NCBI GenBank assembly: GCA_964624665.1
Contig: CAZUZG010000002.1
Location: forward strand, 1 to 60,690
Length of the DNA stretch: 60,690 bases
Direction: 5' to 3'
DNA from: an uncultured Candidatus Saccharibacteria bacterium
GTDB taxonomy: Bacteria; Patescibacteriota; Minisyncoccia; Phycocordibacterales; UBA9973
Shown here: in pieces, positions 46,355 to 54,609 of the stretch
Layout of the letters: each line of letters starts with the position of its first letter
Numbering within the stretch: position 1 is the first letter of the stretch
Made by a program: the position numbers and the translations under genes
Notes under the pieces: generated by a model
Told to the model about the DNA's origin: nothing
Databases searched by the model: none
The model's input: only the letters and a program-made list of their open reading frames with translations

Positions 46355-46780
46355 TTATAAAATCACATCCTCCATCACGGAAACCTTGGCCACTCGCCTT
46401 TCCATATCTAAAAAGACAGAACAAACATCAAATTGCCAAAACTTCTGCTCCGGGACTTTTCTGTCCAAAAGATAAGTTTGAATGACTCGACCGAGCCTTT
46501 TTAATTTCCATGGATGAATATTGTCTGTCGGTTTATAGGAATCTCTACTTCCTATCTGCGCAGGTAGATTTGAAACTCGATTCAGTGTTTTACATGAAAC
46601 GCTTTTAACTTCTATGAAATGGATCTTATTATCCTTTTCTGCCACAATATCAATTTCACCCCATTTTTTGGTGTAATTTTGCTCTAAAATCAAGTAATCT
46701 TGTTTCACAAGAAACTTACAGGCAATATCTTCGCCCAATTTACCAATTTTTTGTTTTTCAGATGTAAAGATTTTAGGCAT
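46355..46780 (-). CDS. yraN: YraN-family (UPF0102) endonuclease-like protein
   Basis: GKLGEDIACKFLVKQDYLILEQNY...GEIDIVAEKDNKIHFIEVKS is the YraN core. Confidence 0.8.
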   Translation of the reverse strand: MPKIFTSEKQKIGKLGEDIACKFLVKQDYLILEQNYTKKWGEIDIVAEKDNKIHFIEVKSVSCKTLNRVSNLPAQIGSRDSYKPTDNIHPWKLKRLGRVIQTYLLDRKVPEQKFWQFDVCSVFLDMERRVAKVSVMEDVIL

Positions 46781-46998
46781 TTTGTTTAGTTACATGTGTA
46801 ACAAATTGTAACAAATCAAACCTGATTTTTTTATGTTTCACATGAAACAAATAATCCTTTATTGGACAGAAAAAATATTTTCTAATCTTGAAAATATTTA
46901 AAAAAGCTTATATTTCAATACCATTCTTGCAAGAAGCCTTTTTTCGGACAAATAAAATTTATTTTTCATTTACTGTCTTTTAAACAATGTCCACAAAG

Positions 46999-47007
46999 TT
47001 ATCCACA
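46999..47007 (+). promoter_or_regulatory. perfect DnaA box TTATCCACA outside oriC
   Basis: Exact 9-mer in the yraN / tRNA-Gly spacer. A degenerate box atgtccaca lies 3 nt upstream. Confidence 0.4.
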
Positions 47008-47103
47008 GATTACTTTGATTTTTAATGTGTTTTTAGCTCTAAAGTACAGTCAAATTAGATCTTTTATTAAAGACATATAATTGTCTTTAATTTTGGTTTT
47101 CTG

Positions 47104-47174
47104 TGCGGGTAGGGAGAATCGAACTCCCGTCTCATCCTTGGCAAGGACGTGTTCTACCACTAAACCATACCCGC
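47104..47174 (-). tRNA. tRNA-Gly (anticodon GCC)
   Basis: The reverse complement folds as gcgggta-tg-gttt-agtggta-gaac-a-cgtcc-ttgccaa-ggatg-agac-gggag-ttcgatt-ctccc-tacccgc-a. Confidence 0.85.
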
Positions 47175-47226
47175 ATAATATTTAATTAGGAATATTATAG
47201 CATGAAATTTATTTTGATACATATCC

Positions 47227-47328
47227 ATTCAGATTTATTATTTTTCAGACGCGTATAATTTTTTGCTAAAAATTTACTATGCTCGGTCTGTCGACCTGCG
47301 CAATGTCTTTAAAACAATAAATCTGAAT
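47227..47328 (+). repeat. 102-nt structured intergenic element, copy B
   Basis: Outer arms attcagatttatt / aataaatctgaat are perfectly complementary. The core gcgtataattttttgctaaaaattt...gctcggtctgtcgacctgcgcaatgtct is shared with copies A and C. Confidence 0.6.
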
Positions 47329-47367
47329 TTGCTATATCGTTTAAAGTTCTTTGCTTGCTTTTTCTTG

Positions 47368-47439
47368 TGCACCCAGCAGGATTCGAACCCACAATAACGG
47401 TTCCGAAGACCGTTGTGATATCCATTTCACCATAGGTGC
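47368..47439 (-). tRNA. tRNA-Arg (anticodon UCG)
   Basis: The reverse complement folds as gcaccta-tg-gtga-aatggata-tcac-a-acggt-cttcgga-accgt-tatt-gtggg-ttcgaat-cctgc-tgggtgc-a. Confidence 0.8.
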
Positions 47440-47513
47440 CTCTCTTTTCTAAGAACTTATAGATTATATAGATAAATTGTGAAAAAACAAATAAATAATG
47501 TAGAATTTGCAAT

Positions 47514-49001
47514 ATGGAAGGTAAATATTCAATTCCAAATGAAGCTAAGCAGGTGTTGGCAACTCTCGAGCAAGCCGGTTTTGAGGCTTATTTGGTGGGC
47601 GGCTGTGTCAGGGATTTGCTGATGAATAAAAGCCCGAAAGATTGGGATATTACAACTAACGCCAAGCCTGAGGAAATTATCAGCCTTTTTCCAAAAACTA
47701 TTTATGAGAATAATTTTGGCACAGTGGCTATTGTGCAAGAAGATGCCCAAATAGACAGTTTAAAAGTTATAGAAGTAACTCCTTATCGGATCGAGGAAAA
47801 GTATAGCGACAATCGGCATCCTGACAGAGTCTTGTTCAGTCAAAATTTAAAGGACGATTTACAAAGACGAGATTTTACTGTTAATGCCATGACCATGGAT
47901 AGCAAGGGGCAAGTGATAGATCTCTTTGGTGGCTTAAAGGACATAAAGGACAAAATACTCCGAACCGTTGGCGAGCCAGATAAAAGGTTTCAAGAAGATG
48001 CTTTAAGACTGATGAGGGCCATAAGGTTTAGTACTCAGCTTGGATTTACTGTTTCACAAGAAACAGCCGAGGCCATATCTAGAAACAGCAGGCTGATTAT
48101 TAATATTTCAGCTGAAAGGGTCAGGGATGAGTTTATAAAGATTATTTCGTCAAATGAGCCAATGATGGGCATGGTTTTATTGGAAAGGCTCGGTCTTTTG
48201 CAGTATATTATTCCGGAATTAATGGAAAGTGTTGGTATTGATCAGAAAGGCGAACATATTTACGATGTTTGGGAGCACCTGCTCCGTTCTTTGCAACATA
48301 GCGCCGACAAAGAGTGGCCTTTAGCTATAAGGATTTCAGCCCTGTTTCATGATGTTGGTAAACCTCGCACAAGACGTGAAGCATCTTCGCGGATCGGGTC
48401 AAAAACTAAAAAAATGTATACCTTTTACGGACACGAGGTTGTCGGGGCAAAAATGGCAGCCAAAATAATGGACAGAATGAAGTTTCCAAATAAGTTGTCC
48501 GATATGGTAGTTAAACTTGTCCGTTACCATATGTTTTTTTCTGATCCGGAACAAATCACTCTTTCGGCGGTTAGGCGATTGGTAAAAAATGTTGGACCGG
48601 AATTGGTTTGGGATTTGATGAAAGTCCGCATTTGCGATCGGATCGGCATGGGCAAGCCAAAAGAAGAACCTTATCGTTTGCGCAAATATGAATCGATGAT
48701 TGAGGAGGCGATGAGGGCGCCGGTTTCTGTTGGCATGCTTAAAATCGACGGCGCGCGGATTATGGAAATAACAGGGGAGAAACCAGGGCCAAAGATTGGC
48801 CTGATTCTCCATGCTCTTTTGGAAGAAATGCTTGAAGATCCAAGTTTGAACACTGAAGAGTATTTGGAAAAACGATCTAAAGAGCTGATTCTTTTGCCGA
48901 TTGAAGATTTGAAAAAATTAGGCGAGGCCGGCAAAGAAAAGAAAGAAATAGAGGAAGAAAAGGAATTATTGGAAATCAGAAAGAGATATAATGTGAAATA
49001 A
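47514..49001 (+). CDS. cca: CCA-adding enzyme / tRNA nucleotidyltransferase with HD domain
   Basis: GGCVRDLL...DWDI nucleotidyltransferase motif, RDFTVNAM, and an HD domain (LFHDVGKP). Confidence 0.9.
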   Translation: MEGKYSIPNEAKQVLATLEQAGFEAYLVGGCVRDLLMNKSPKDWDITTNAKPEEIISLFPKTIYENNFGTVAIVQEDAQIDSLKVIEVTPYRIEEKYSDNRHPDRVLFSQNLKDDLQRRDFTVNAMTMDSKGQVIDLFGGLKDIKDKILRTVGEPDKRFQEDALRLMRAIRFSTQLGFTVSQETAEAISRNSRLIINISAERVRDEFIKIISSNEPMMGMVLLERLGLLQYIIPELMESVGIDQKGEHIYDVWEHLLRSLQHSADKEWPLAIRISALFHDVGKPRTRREASSRIGSKTKKMYTFYGHEVVGAKMAAKIMDRMKFPNKLSDMVVKLVRYHMFFSDPEQITLSAVRRLVKNVGPELVWDLMKVRICDRIGMGKPKEEPYRLRKYESMIEEAMRAPVSVGMLKIDGARIMEITGEKPGPKIGLILHALLEEMLEDPSLNTEEYLEKRSKELILLPIEDLKKLGEAGKEKKEIEEEKELLEIRKRYNVK

Positions 49002-49028
49002 AAAAACCCAACATTTGTTGGGTTTTTT
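49001..49028. terminator. bidirectional terminator after cca
   Basis: aaaaaacccaaca-tt-tgttgggtttttt. Confidence 0.7.
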
Positions 49029-49039
49029 GCAAATATTAT

Positions 49040-49765
49040 TTACATACTTGCAGTGCGAATCCCGATTCCAATTCCTCTGTTTGGACTATGTCCAAGATAG
49101 CTTTCCATTTCTTTTTTCATCTGTATTGAGCCTTTGTAAAAGTCATTTGCTTCAATCTGGCAAGGTTCTTGTAATATTTCTTTAACTAGAATCGTTAAAA
49201 CCATTTTCGATTTCTTTGCTTCTTTGCAAATATCATACAAGCTTTCGAAAGATATGGTCGGCTTTTCACCATAATTTTTCTTTAATGAAGGGCAAATCAT
49301 GGTTTTTTCTATGTCGGCATTGATGTCTTCCAGGGCGCAATACCGAAAGGATTGCGGGTTTTTAGCATCAACTCTTTTTCCAAAAAATCCCAAAACATAT
49401 TCTATTAACTGCTCAGGATAGGTTTTTTGGTATGTTATTCCTAAAAAATGAGCCATTTCAAGCGCTTCAATCTTAATTCCTTCTTTTTGAATTAATTTTT
49501 TTATTTCACGCAATAAATTTTTTTGGTGGGTATCTGGGTTAATTACGCTTTTGCGCATAGAGATGCGTATTTCTCTATAATGGATGATTTCTTCAGTAGT
49601 TGGTCGATTTTTATTAAAATAGCTACCAACCATTTTTTTAACGGTATCACTTCTTTCAGTTTGATACTCATTAGTTTTGATGAAATCAATTTTTTCTAAT
49701 GTTTCATTAACCTTTTCAGGTTTAACAACATAAGTGTGTGGCTTTTTACTGATTTCTAATACCAT
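49040..49765 (-). CDS. hypothetical protein
   Basis: Long ORF. Start is set at ATG 49765 (MVLEISKK) because the ORF-track start is a TTG. No motif recognised. Confidence 0.5.
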   Translation of the reverse strand: MVLEISKKPHTYVVKPEKVNETLEKIDFIKTNEYQTERSDTVKKMVGSYFNKNRPTTEEIIHYREIRISMRKSVINPDTHQKNLLREIKKLIQKEGIKIEALEMAHFLGITYQKTYPEQLIEYVLGFFGKRVDAKNPQSFRYCALEDINADIEKTMICPSLKKNYGEKPTISFESLYDICKEAKKSKMVLTILVKEILQEPCQIEANDFYKGSIQMKKEMESYLGHSPNRGIGIGIRTASM

Positions 49766-49854
49766 ATAAGCTTTTTTTAAAGGGTTAAAGAACAATTTTT
49801 CTCAGAACCAGAAGATAACAAACTGCCAGGCTTTTGTCAAATCTTAAAAAATCC

Positions 49855-50640
49855 TTATTTGTCAAGGATAATAGGGCAATGGTCGGAGCCGTAAACATCA
49901 CTTAAGATTTTTACAGACTTTATGCTTGGCAGCATATTGGAACTGGCAAAAAAGTAATCGATCCTCCAGCCGACATTACGGTTCCGAGCAAAGGTTTTCA
50001 TGTCCCAGTAAGTATAAGCCTCTTTTTTGTTGGGGTAGAAATGCCTGAAAACATCGACATAGCCATGATTGACGACTTCGTCGAGCCAGGCCCTTTCTTC
50101 CGGCAAAAAGCCCGTATTTTTCTCATTTTCTTTTGGCCGAGCCAAGTCTATCGCTTCATGAGCGGTATTTACATCGCCGCAGAAAATAATGCCCTTGCCC
50201 TCAGACTTCTGTAATTTATCGATGAATTTCAGGAAAGCATCATAAAACTCAAGCTTATATTTAAGGCGTTCCGGACCGCCGCCGCCGTTTGGAAAGTAAA
50301 TATTTAAGATAATAAAATCCTTGTAATAAGCGATAATAATTCGGCCCTCGTCATCAAATTTTTTAATACCCATGCCATATTCGATTTTTTCCGGTTTTAC
50401 TTTTGAATAAATAGCCACGCCGCTATAACCTTTTTTTACCTTGGAAGATGAAAAATAAGAAAAATATCCAGTCGGATTTCTGACTTCTTCCGATAATTGC
50501 TCGGCTTCAGCTTTTGTTTCCTGCAGGCAAAAAATATCCGGTTTTTCTTTTAAAAAGAAAAACCAACCTGCCTGCGCGAGCAGGTAGTCTGGTTTATAAA
50601 TTGAACGGAGACCATTCACATTCCAAGAGACTATTTTCAT
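49855..50640 (-). CDS. xth: exodeoxyribonuclease III
   Basis: MKIVSWNVNGLRS, CLQETK, NTAHEAIDL and SDHCPI motifs. Confidence 0.95.
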   Translation of the reverse strand: MKIVSWNVNGLRSIYKPDYLLAQAGWFFFLKEKPDIFCLQETKAEAEQLSEEVRNPTGYFSYFSSSKVKKGYSGVAIYSKVKPEKIEYGMGIKKFDDEGRIIIAYYKDFIILNIYFPNGGGGPERLKYKLEFYDAFLKFIDKLQKSEGKGIIFCGDVNTAHEAIDLARPKENEKNTGFLPEERAWLDEVVNHGYVDVFRHFYPNKKEAYTYWDMKTFARNRNVGWRIDYFFASSNMLPSIKSVKILSDVYGSDHCPIILDK

Positions 50641-50670
50641 GTGTTTATTATAACAATAAACATGAGCGTG

Positions 50671-50679
50671 TTATCCACA
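50671..50679 (+). promoter_or_regulatory. perfect DnaA box TTATCCACA outside oriC
   Basis: Exact 9-mer in the divergent spacer between xth and the surface-protein cluster. Confidence 0.4.
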
Positions 50680-50728
50680 GATAAATTTTCATTTCATGTA
50701 TTTGAAAAATGCTATAATGAGCTTGAAA

Positions 50729-51010
50729 ATGAATAATTCTATTTTTAAAAAAATTTATTTTTCTGTGATTGCGCTCTTGGTGATAGCCTATCTGGCCTTG
50801 GTTTATTTATCTTACAAAACAAAAACGCCAAAATCGATTGTTGAAGACAAGGAAATGCAGGCGCTGAATAATTTGAATTTGTCAGCTCAGAATTCAGGCA
50901 TCACCGCGGATCAAAAGGCTGATATTTTGAATTCTTTGGCAGAAGAGAGTTCTGGGGCCAAAGAATTAACCGATGAAGAAAAGGCAAAAATTATCGAATC
51001 TTTTAATTAA
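50729..51010 (+). CDS. small single-TM protein, first gene of the surface-protein cluster
   Basis: MNNSIFKKIYFSVIALLVIAYLALVYLSY TM anchor. Its stop abuts the next start (51010/51011). Confidence 0.5.
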   Translation: MNNSIFKKIYFSVIALLVIAYLALVYLSYKTKTPKSIVEDKEMQALNNLNLSAQNSGITADQKADILNSLAEESSGAKELTDEEKAKIIESFN

Positions 51011-52027
51011 ATGACTGGAATAAATAAATTTTTTTTGGGGTTGATATCGCTTGCTTTGGTTTTTGCCGTTTATTTTTCTGGCAATTATTCTAAGCCGGCG
51101 CCGGCCCTTGCCAGCTCTTTAGACAATCTTTCCGGCTGGGCTTGGAGTGACAATATTGGATGGATCAGTTTTAATTGCACAACTGGTGGCATATTCAGCG
51201 CCAATATCTGCTCTTCTTCAAATTATGGCGTCAACATTGACGCCAATGGTAATTTGGTCGGCTATGCTTGGAATAGTAGTGTCGGCTGGGTTCAGTTTGG
51301 TAATTTATCCGGTTTTCCAGAGCTTGTTGGCAGGGGGTCGGGAAATGCCAAATATAGTCTCAGCACAGGCAATCTTTCCGGCTGGGCTAGGGCGATTTCG
51401 GCAGTAAATGCTGGATCAAATTCTGGCCATTGGGATGGCTGGATTAGTTTGAGCGGTTCTAATTATGGCGTAAATTTTTCAAATACCGGCAATGGTTCAG
51501 GTTATGCTTTGGGCAGCACTGATTCAGACATCAGTTCAAATGCCTCCGTGATTGGCTGGATTGATTTTTCCGGGGTCAGATACAATCCCGGCCAGCCAGG
51601 TTTGACTTTGACTGCTAATCCTAATAATTTCAGCTGTTCAACAAGTTTGCCTACTACGGTCACCCTATCTTGGCAGACGCAAAATGTTACAAGTTGTACG
51701 ACACCAGTGACGACTCCACTGATCAGTCCAGTTTGGTCATCTGTAGCTTTGCCCAATGGTTCAAAAACTGGAGTTCAGGTTTCAAGCTTCCCTCAATCGT
51801 ACACCATGACCTGCACCGGCACGAGCGGTCCGGTTTCTAGTACGGCAGTTGTCAGTTGCATTCCTCCTGTTGTTCCGCCGATTGAAGCTGAGTGTTTGCC
51901 GCCGAATACTTTAGTGCGCGGAGTGTGTGTGCCGCCGACCAATCCAAATCCCACAACTTGCACTCCGCCGCAGGTTTTGCGAAATGGAGCTTGTGTCGCG
52001 CCGAATCCAAAATTTGAAGAATTTTAA
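51011..52027 (+). CDS. secreted protein with GW-type repeats and Cys/Pro-rich tail
   Basis: Signal/TM segment, then repeats LSGWAWSDNIGWISFN, VGYAWNSSVGWVQFG, LSGWARAIS, WDGWISLSG and VIGWIDFSG. The tail is CIPPVVPPIEAECLPPNTLVRGVCVPPTNPNPTTCTPPQVLRNGACV. Confidence 0.6.
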   Translation: MTGINKFFLGLISLALVFAVYFSGNYSKPAPALASSLDNLSGWAWSDNIGWISFNCTTGGIFSANICSSSNYGVNIDANGNLVGYAWNSSVGWVQFGNLSGFPELVGRGSGNAKYSLSTGNLSGWARAISAVNAGSNSGHWDGWISLSGSNYGVNFSNTGNGSGYALGSTDSDISSNASVIGWIDFSGVRYNPGQPGLTLTANPNNFSCSTSLPTTVTLSWQTQNVTSCTTPVTTPLISPVWSSVALPNGSKTGVQVSSFPQSYTMTCTGTSGPVSSTAVVSCIPPVVPPIEAECLPPNTLVRGVCVPPTNPNPTTCTPPQVLRNGACVAPNPKFEEF

Positions 52028-52045
52028 AGAATTTAACCAAATCAA

Positions 52046-54013
52046 ATGAAAAATAATTTTTTGAAAAATTTAAAAGTTATAGTTCTGAGCATGGCGCTGG
52101 CCTTTTTTATCAGTTTTATCAGGGTGAATGCCGGCTTAAATGCCGCAGATCAAGCCCCGTCAGCGCCACCGGCAAATGATGCTCCGGCGCTTGTAAATAG
52201 CGGTTCTCTTTATCAGTGGAAGCAGGGCGGCCTAGCTGTCGGTTCAAATTCTTTGCCGTTTTCCACTTTGGTTAATTTGGATATTAAGGGTTCTGTCGGC
52301 TCATTTGCTGTTACCAGTCTTTTTAGCGATTATGTCGCCACTCGCGGCATTTTAAGAATTTTAAACTCCGATCCTTCTTTTAATCCGAGCGGAACAAGTT
52401 TGGTTAAAGTGAATGGAACGGTTCGCTCTTCCAATTTGGCGAATACTTCGATGAAGGGAGTCTGCGCCAATAGTTATGGAGGCTTTGTCTTATGCGGGCA
52501 AGTACCGTCAAAGGTGCTTCATGTGAATTTTAACGGCAATGGCGTTGGTGGTGTCACGACAAATCCAGCCGGCCTATACAGCTGTTTTACCTATCATGCT
52601 TCTACTTGTTCAGCCAATTTTGCCAACAATGCGACAGTAACTCTGATACCTAATTCTACTGATTCAAGTTTTGGCGGCTGGAACGGCACCATTGACGCAA
52701 ATGGCAATCCCTGTACGACTCAACCAACCTGCACGATTTTAATGGATTCAGATAAAACTGTGACTGTCACTTTTACTCTTTTTCCTAAATTGACTATTTC
52801 GAAAACCGGCAGCGGATCTGGCACAGTAACAAGTTCATCTAATCTCATAAACTGCGGAAGCACTTGCAGTAATTATTACGATCCAGCCGAAGCGCAAGAA
52901 ACTTTATATGCAACACCTGACACAGATTCTTTTTTTGACAGGTATTCAAATTGCACAGGTTCTTCAGGCAATCAATGCAACGTTACAGTTAATAGCAATA
53001 TTGTCAGATATGTAAGTTTTGAGAAAAAAACATATGGCACTTGCGGTACAGCAAATGGCGTATCGACTTTAACCAAGCCAACATCCAATCTCTGTTCTGT
53101 GGGAACAGCTTCTTCTGTAACAGGGTCCGGCCCTTGGAGCTGGACATGCGCTGGAAATAGCGGATCAGCGGTTGCCTGCGGGGCGCCGGTGATGACATCG
53201 CCTTTTACTCAGGGCTCTTATTCTTGCAATAGTGTCGGCACTGAGTCTATTACCGTATGCAAGTCCGGTTGCGCTATTAATGGCTTGCCTGGCCAGGTGT
53301 TCACTATGGTGACCGAAGTTTGGGGATCTGGCGGAGGCGGCGCGGCTGGCGGAACTTATAGCGCTGGAAGCGCTGGCTCAGGTCCCGGCGGCGGCGGCGG
53401 CGGCGGCGGCGGCTATGCTACAAGAACAGGTTCAGTTACTGTGCCAGCCAGCGGGGTTTACACTATGTCTTGTACGGTTGGTGCCGGCGGTTTGGGTGGC
53501 ACATATTTCCCTCAAACATATCCTACAGCAGGTGAGCAGACCAAAATAGCCGATTCCCAGGGTAGAATTCTCAGCGCCGGCGGCGGTGCCGGCGGCGGAG
53601 TTATTGGAAATAATGGCTGTCGCACTTGCGGCACTAAATCCGGAGCTGATGGCGGCGCCGGCGGTTCTTGGGGATACAATGCTTCCGGTGGCGGCTATAG
53701 CGGCATGAATGGTTCCGCTGGTGGAGCGAGTGTCGGCAGTAGTTGGTGCAAGGGCGGCCATGGCGGTCAGGGTGGCACAGCCGCCAATAGCGGTATTCTC
53801 GGTTATGATGGCGCCGGCGGGGCTGGCGGTCAAGACGGATTTAATGGCAGCGCCTGGATGGGCCCTGGTCCTGGCCATGCTTTTGGCGGCGGCGGCGGCG
53901 GCGGAAATGGAGGCTACAACGACTCCTTATTTTGCGCAGATGCATTACCGAATTATGGTATTAGTGACGGTGCTAACGGCGAGCGAGGCTATGCTCGTTT
54001 TACATGGTATTAA
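52046..54013 (+). CDS. large secreted protein: shared N-module, two InlB-B-repeat-like domains, Cys-knot-like segment and glycine-rich C-terminal domain
   Basis: Signal peptide. The PPANDAPALVN...Q.K.GGL motif and VCANSYGGFVLCG are shared with the two downstream paralogues. Also present are two GSG.V....I.CG..C segments, TCGTANG...LC..G...GSGPWSWTC, and poly-Gly tracts. Confidence 0.65.
   Translation: MKNNFLKNLKVIVLSMALAFFISFIRVNAGLNAADQAPSAPPANDAPALVNSGSLYQWKQGGLAVGSNSLPFSTLVNLDIKGSVGSFAVTSLFSDYVATRGILRILNSDPSFNPSGTSLVKVNGTVRSSNLANTSMKGVCANSYGGFVLCGQVPSKVLHVNFNGNGVGGVTTNPAGLYSCFTYHASTCSANFANNATVTLIPNSTDSSFGGWNGTIDANGNPCTTQPTCTILMDSDKTVTVTFTLFPKLTISKTGSGSGTVTSSSNLINCGSTCSNYYDPAEAQETLYATPDTDSFFDRYSNCTGSSGNQCNVTVNSNIVRYVSFEKKTYGTCGTANGVSTLTKPTSNLCSVGTASSVTGSGPWSWTCAGNSGSAVACGAPVMTSPFTQGSYSCNSVGTESITVCKSGCAINGLPGQVFTMVTEVWGSGGGGAAGGTYSAGSAGSGPGGGGGGGGGYATRTGSVTVPASGVYTMSCTVGAGGLGGTYFPQTYPTAGEQTKIADSQGRILSAGGGAGGGVIGNNGCRTCGTKSGADGGAGGSWGYNASGGGYSGMNGSAGGASVGSSWCKGGHGGQGGTAANSGILGYDGAGGAGGQDGFNGSAWMGPGPGHAFGGGGGGGNGGYNDSLFCADALPNYGISDGANGERGYARFTWY
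53387..53413 (+). repeat. (GGC)9 trinucleotide repeat encoding Gly9
   Basis: Nine perfect ggc units. A second (ggc)6 tract lies at 53885-53902. Confidence 0.9.
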
Positions 54014-54031
54014 AATAAACGATCCCGTTAA

Positions 54032-54178
54032 ATAAATCATATGAAAAATTACATACAATCAATTAAAATAATCATCCTAGGTTCAATTATCGCCGGCGGT
54101 TTTGGCTTGGCTTCTGCTTGGGTCGTGCCAGCCACAACACCTCCCGGTGGCAATGTTCCAGCGCCGATCAATGTTTCG
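54032..54178 (+). repeat. 147-bp perfect direct repeat, copy 1
   Basis: Identical base-for-base to 54463-54609. It covers 9 nt upstream of the ATG plus the first 46 codons. Confidence 0.9.
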
Positions 54179-54466
54179 AATAGTCCTCAGTATAAGATTG
54201 GCAAGATGGGTCTCGGTTCCGGCGTTATGCCAAGAGCGACTTTTGATGTAAGCGGCGTCGCAAAACTAGACCAGATGCTGGTTTTTAACAATTCTGTCAT
54301 TGGCGGCAAATTGGTTGTCGGCAGCGCCAATGCCCCAACAGCTTCCTCGGCAAGCCTTGATGTGACCGGAGAAATTGTCGCCAGTTCTTTGAATGATCCT
54401 TCGACTGGTTCCGGCTTGCGCTCGCTCTGCGCTGATGTGAGCGGTCGCATTATTCTTTGTCCATAA
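54041..54466 (+). CDS. secreted paralogue 1 (141 aa) with PPGGN.PAPIN N-module and C-terminal C..G..ILCP motif
   Basis: MKNYIQSIKIIILGSIIAGGFGLASAWVVPATTPPGGNVPAPINVS... ending LCADVSGRIILCP. Confidence 0.6.
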   Translation: MKNYIQSIKIIILGSIIAGGFGLASAWVVPATTPPGGNVPAPINVSNSPQYKIGKMGLGSGVMPRATFDVSGVAKLDQMLVFNNSVIGGKLVVGSANAPTASSASLDVTGEIVASSLNDPSTGSGLRSLCADVSGRIILCP

Positions 54467-54609
54467 ATCATATGAAAAATTACATACAATCAATTAAAAT
54501 AATCATCCTAGGTTCAATTATCGCCGGCGGTTTTGGCTTGGCTTCTGCTTGGGTCGTGCCAGCCACAACACCTCCCGGTGGCAATGTTCCAGCGCCGATC
54601 AATGTTTCG
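54463..54609 (+). repeat. 147-bp perfect direct repeat, copy 2
   Basis: Identical to 54032-54178, at an offset of 431 nt. Confidence 0.9.

Noticed and set aside
47309-47512. 67-aa minus-strand ORF
   Set aside because: It overlaps the tRNA-Arg(UCG) gene, and part of its translation is simply the tRNA sequence.
53432-54035. 148-aa minus-strand and 108-aa plus-strand ORFs in the Gly-rich region
   Set aside because: These are alternative-frame products of a GC-rich (GGN)n coding segment, with Ala/Arg-rich translations. The frame of 52046-54013 is continuous and has a signal peptide and conserved modules.
54032-54609. Repeat pair checked as a possible CRISPR or other array
   Set aside because: There are only two copies, 147 bp long, and they are the 5' ends of paralogous genes. 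No short-repeat/spacer periodicity exists anywhere in the window.
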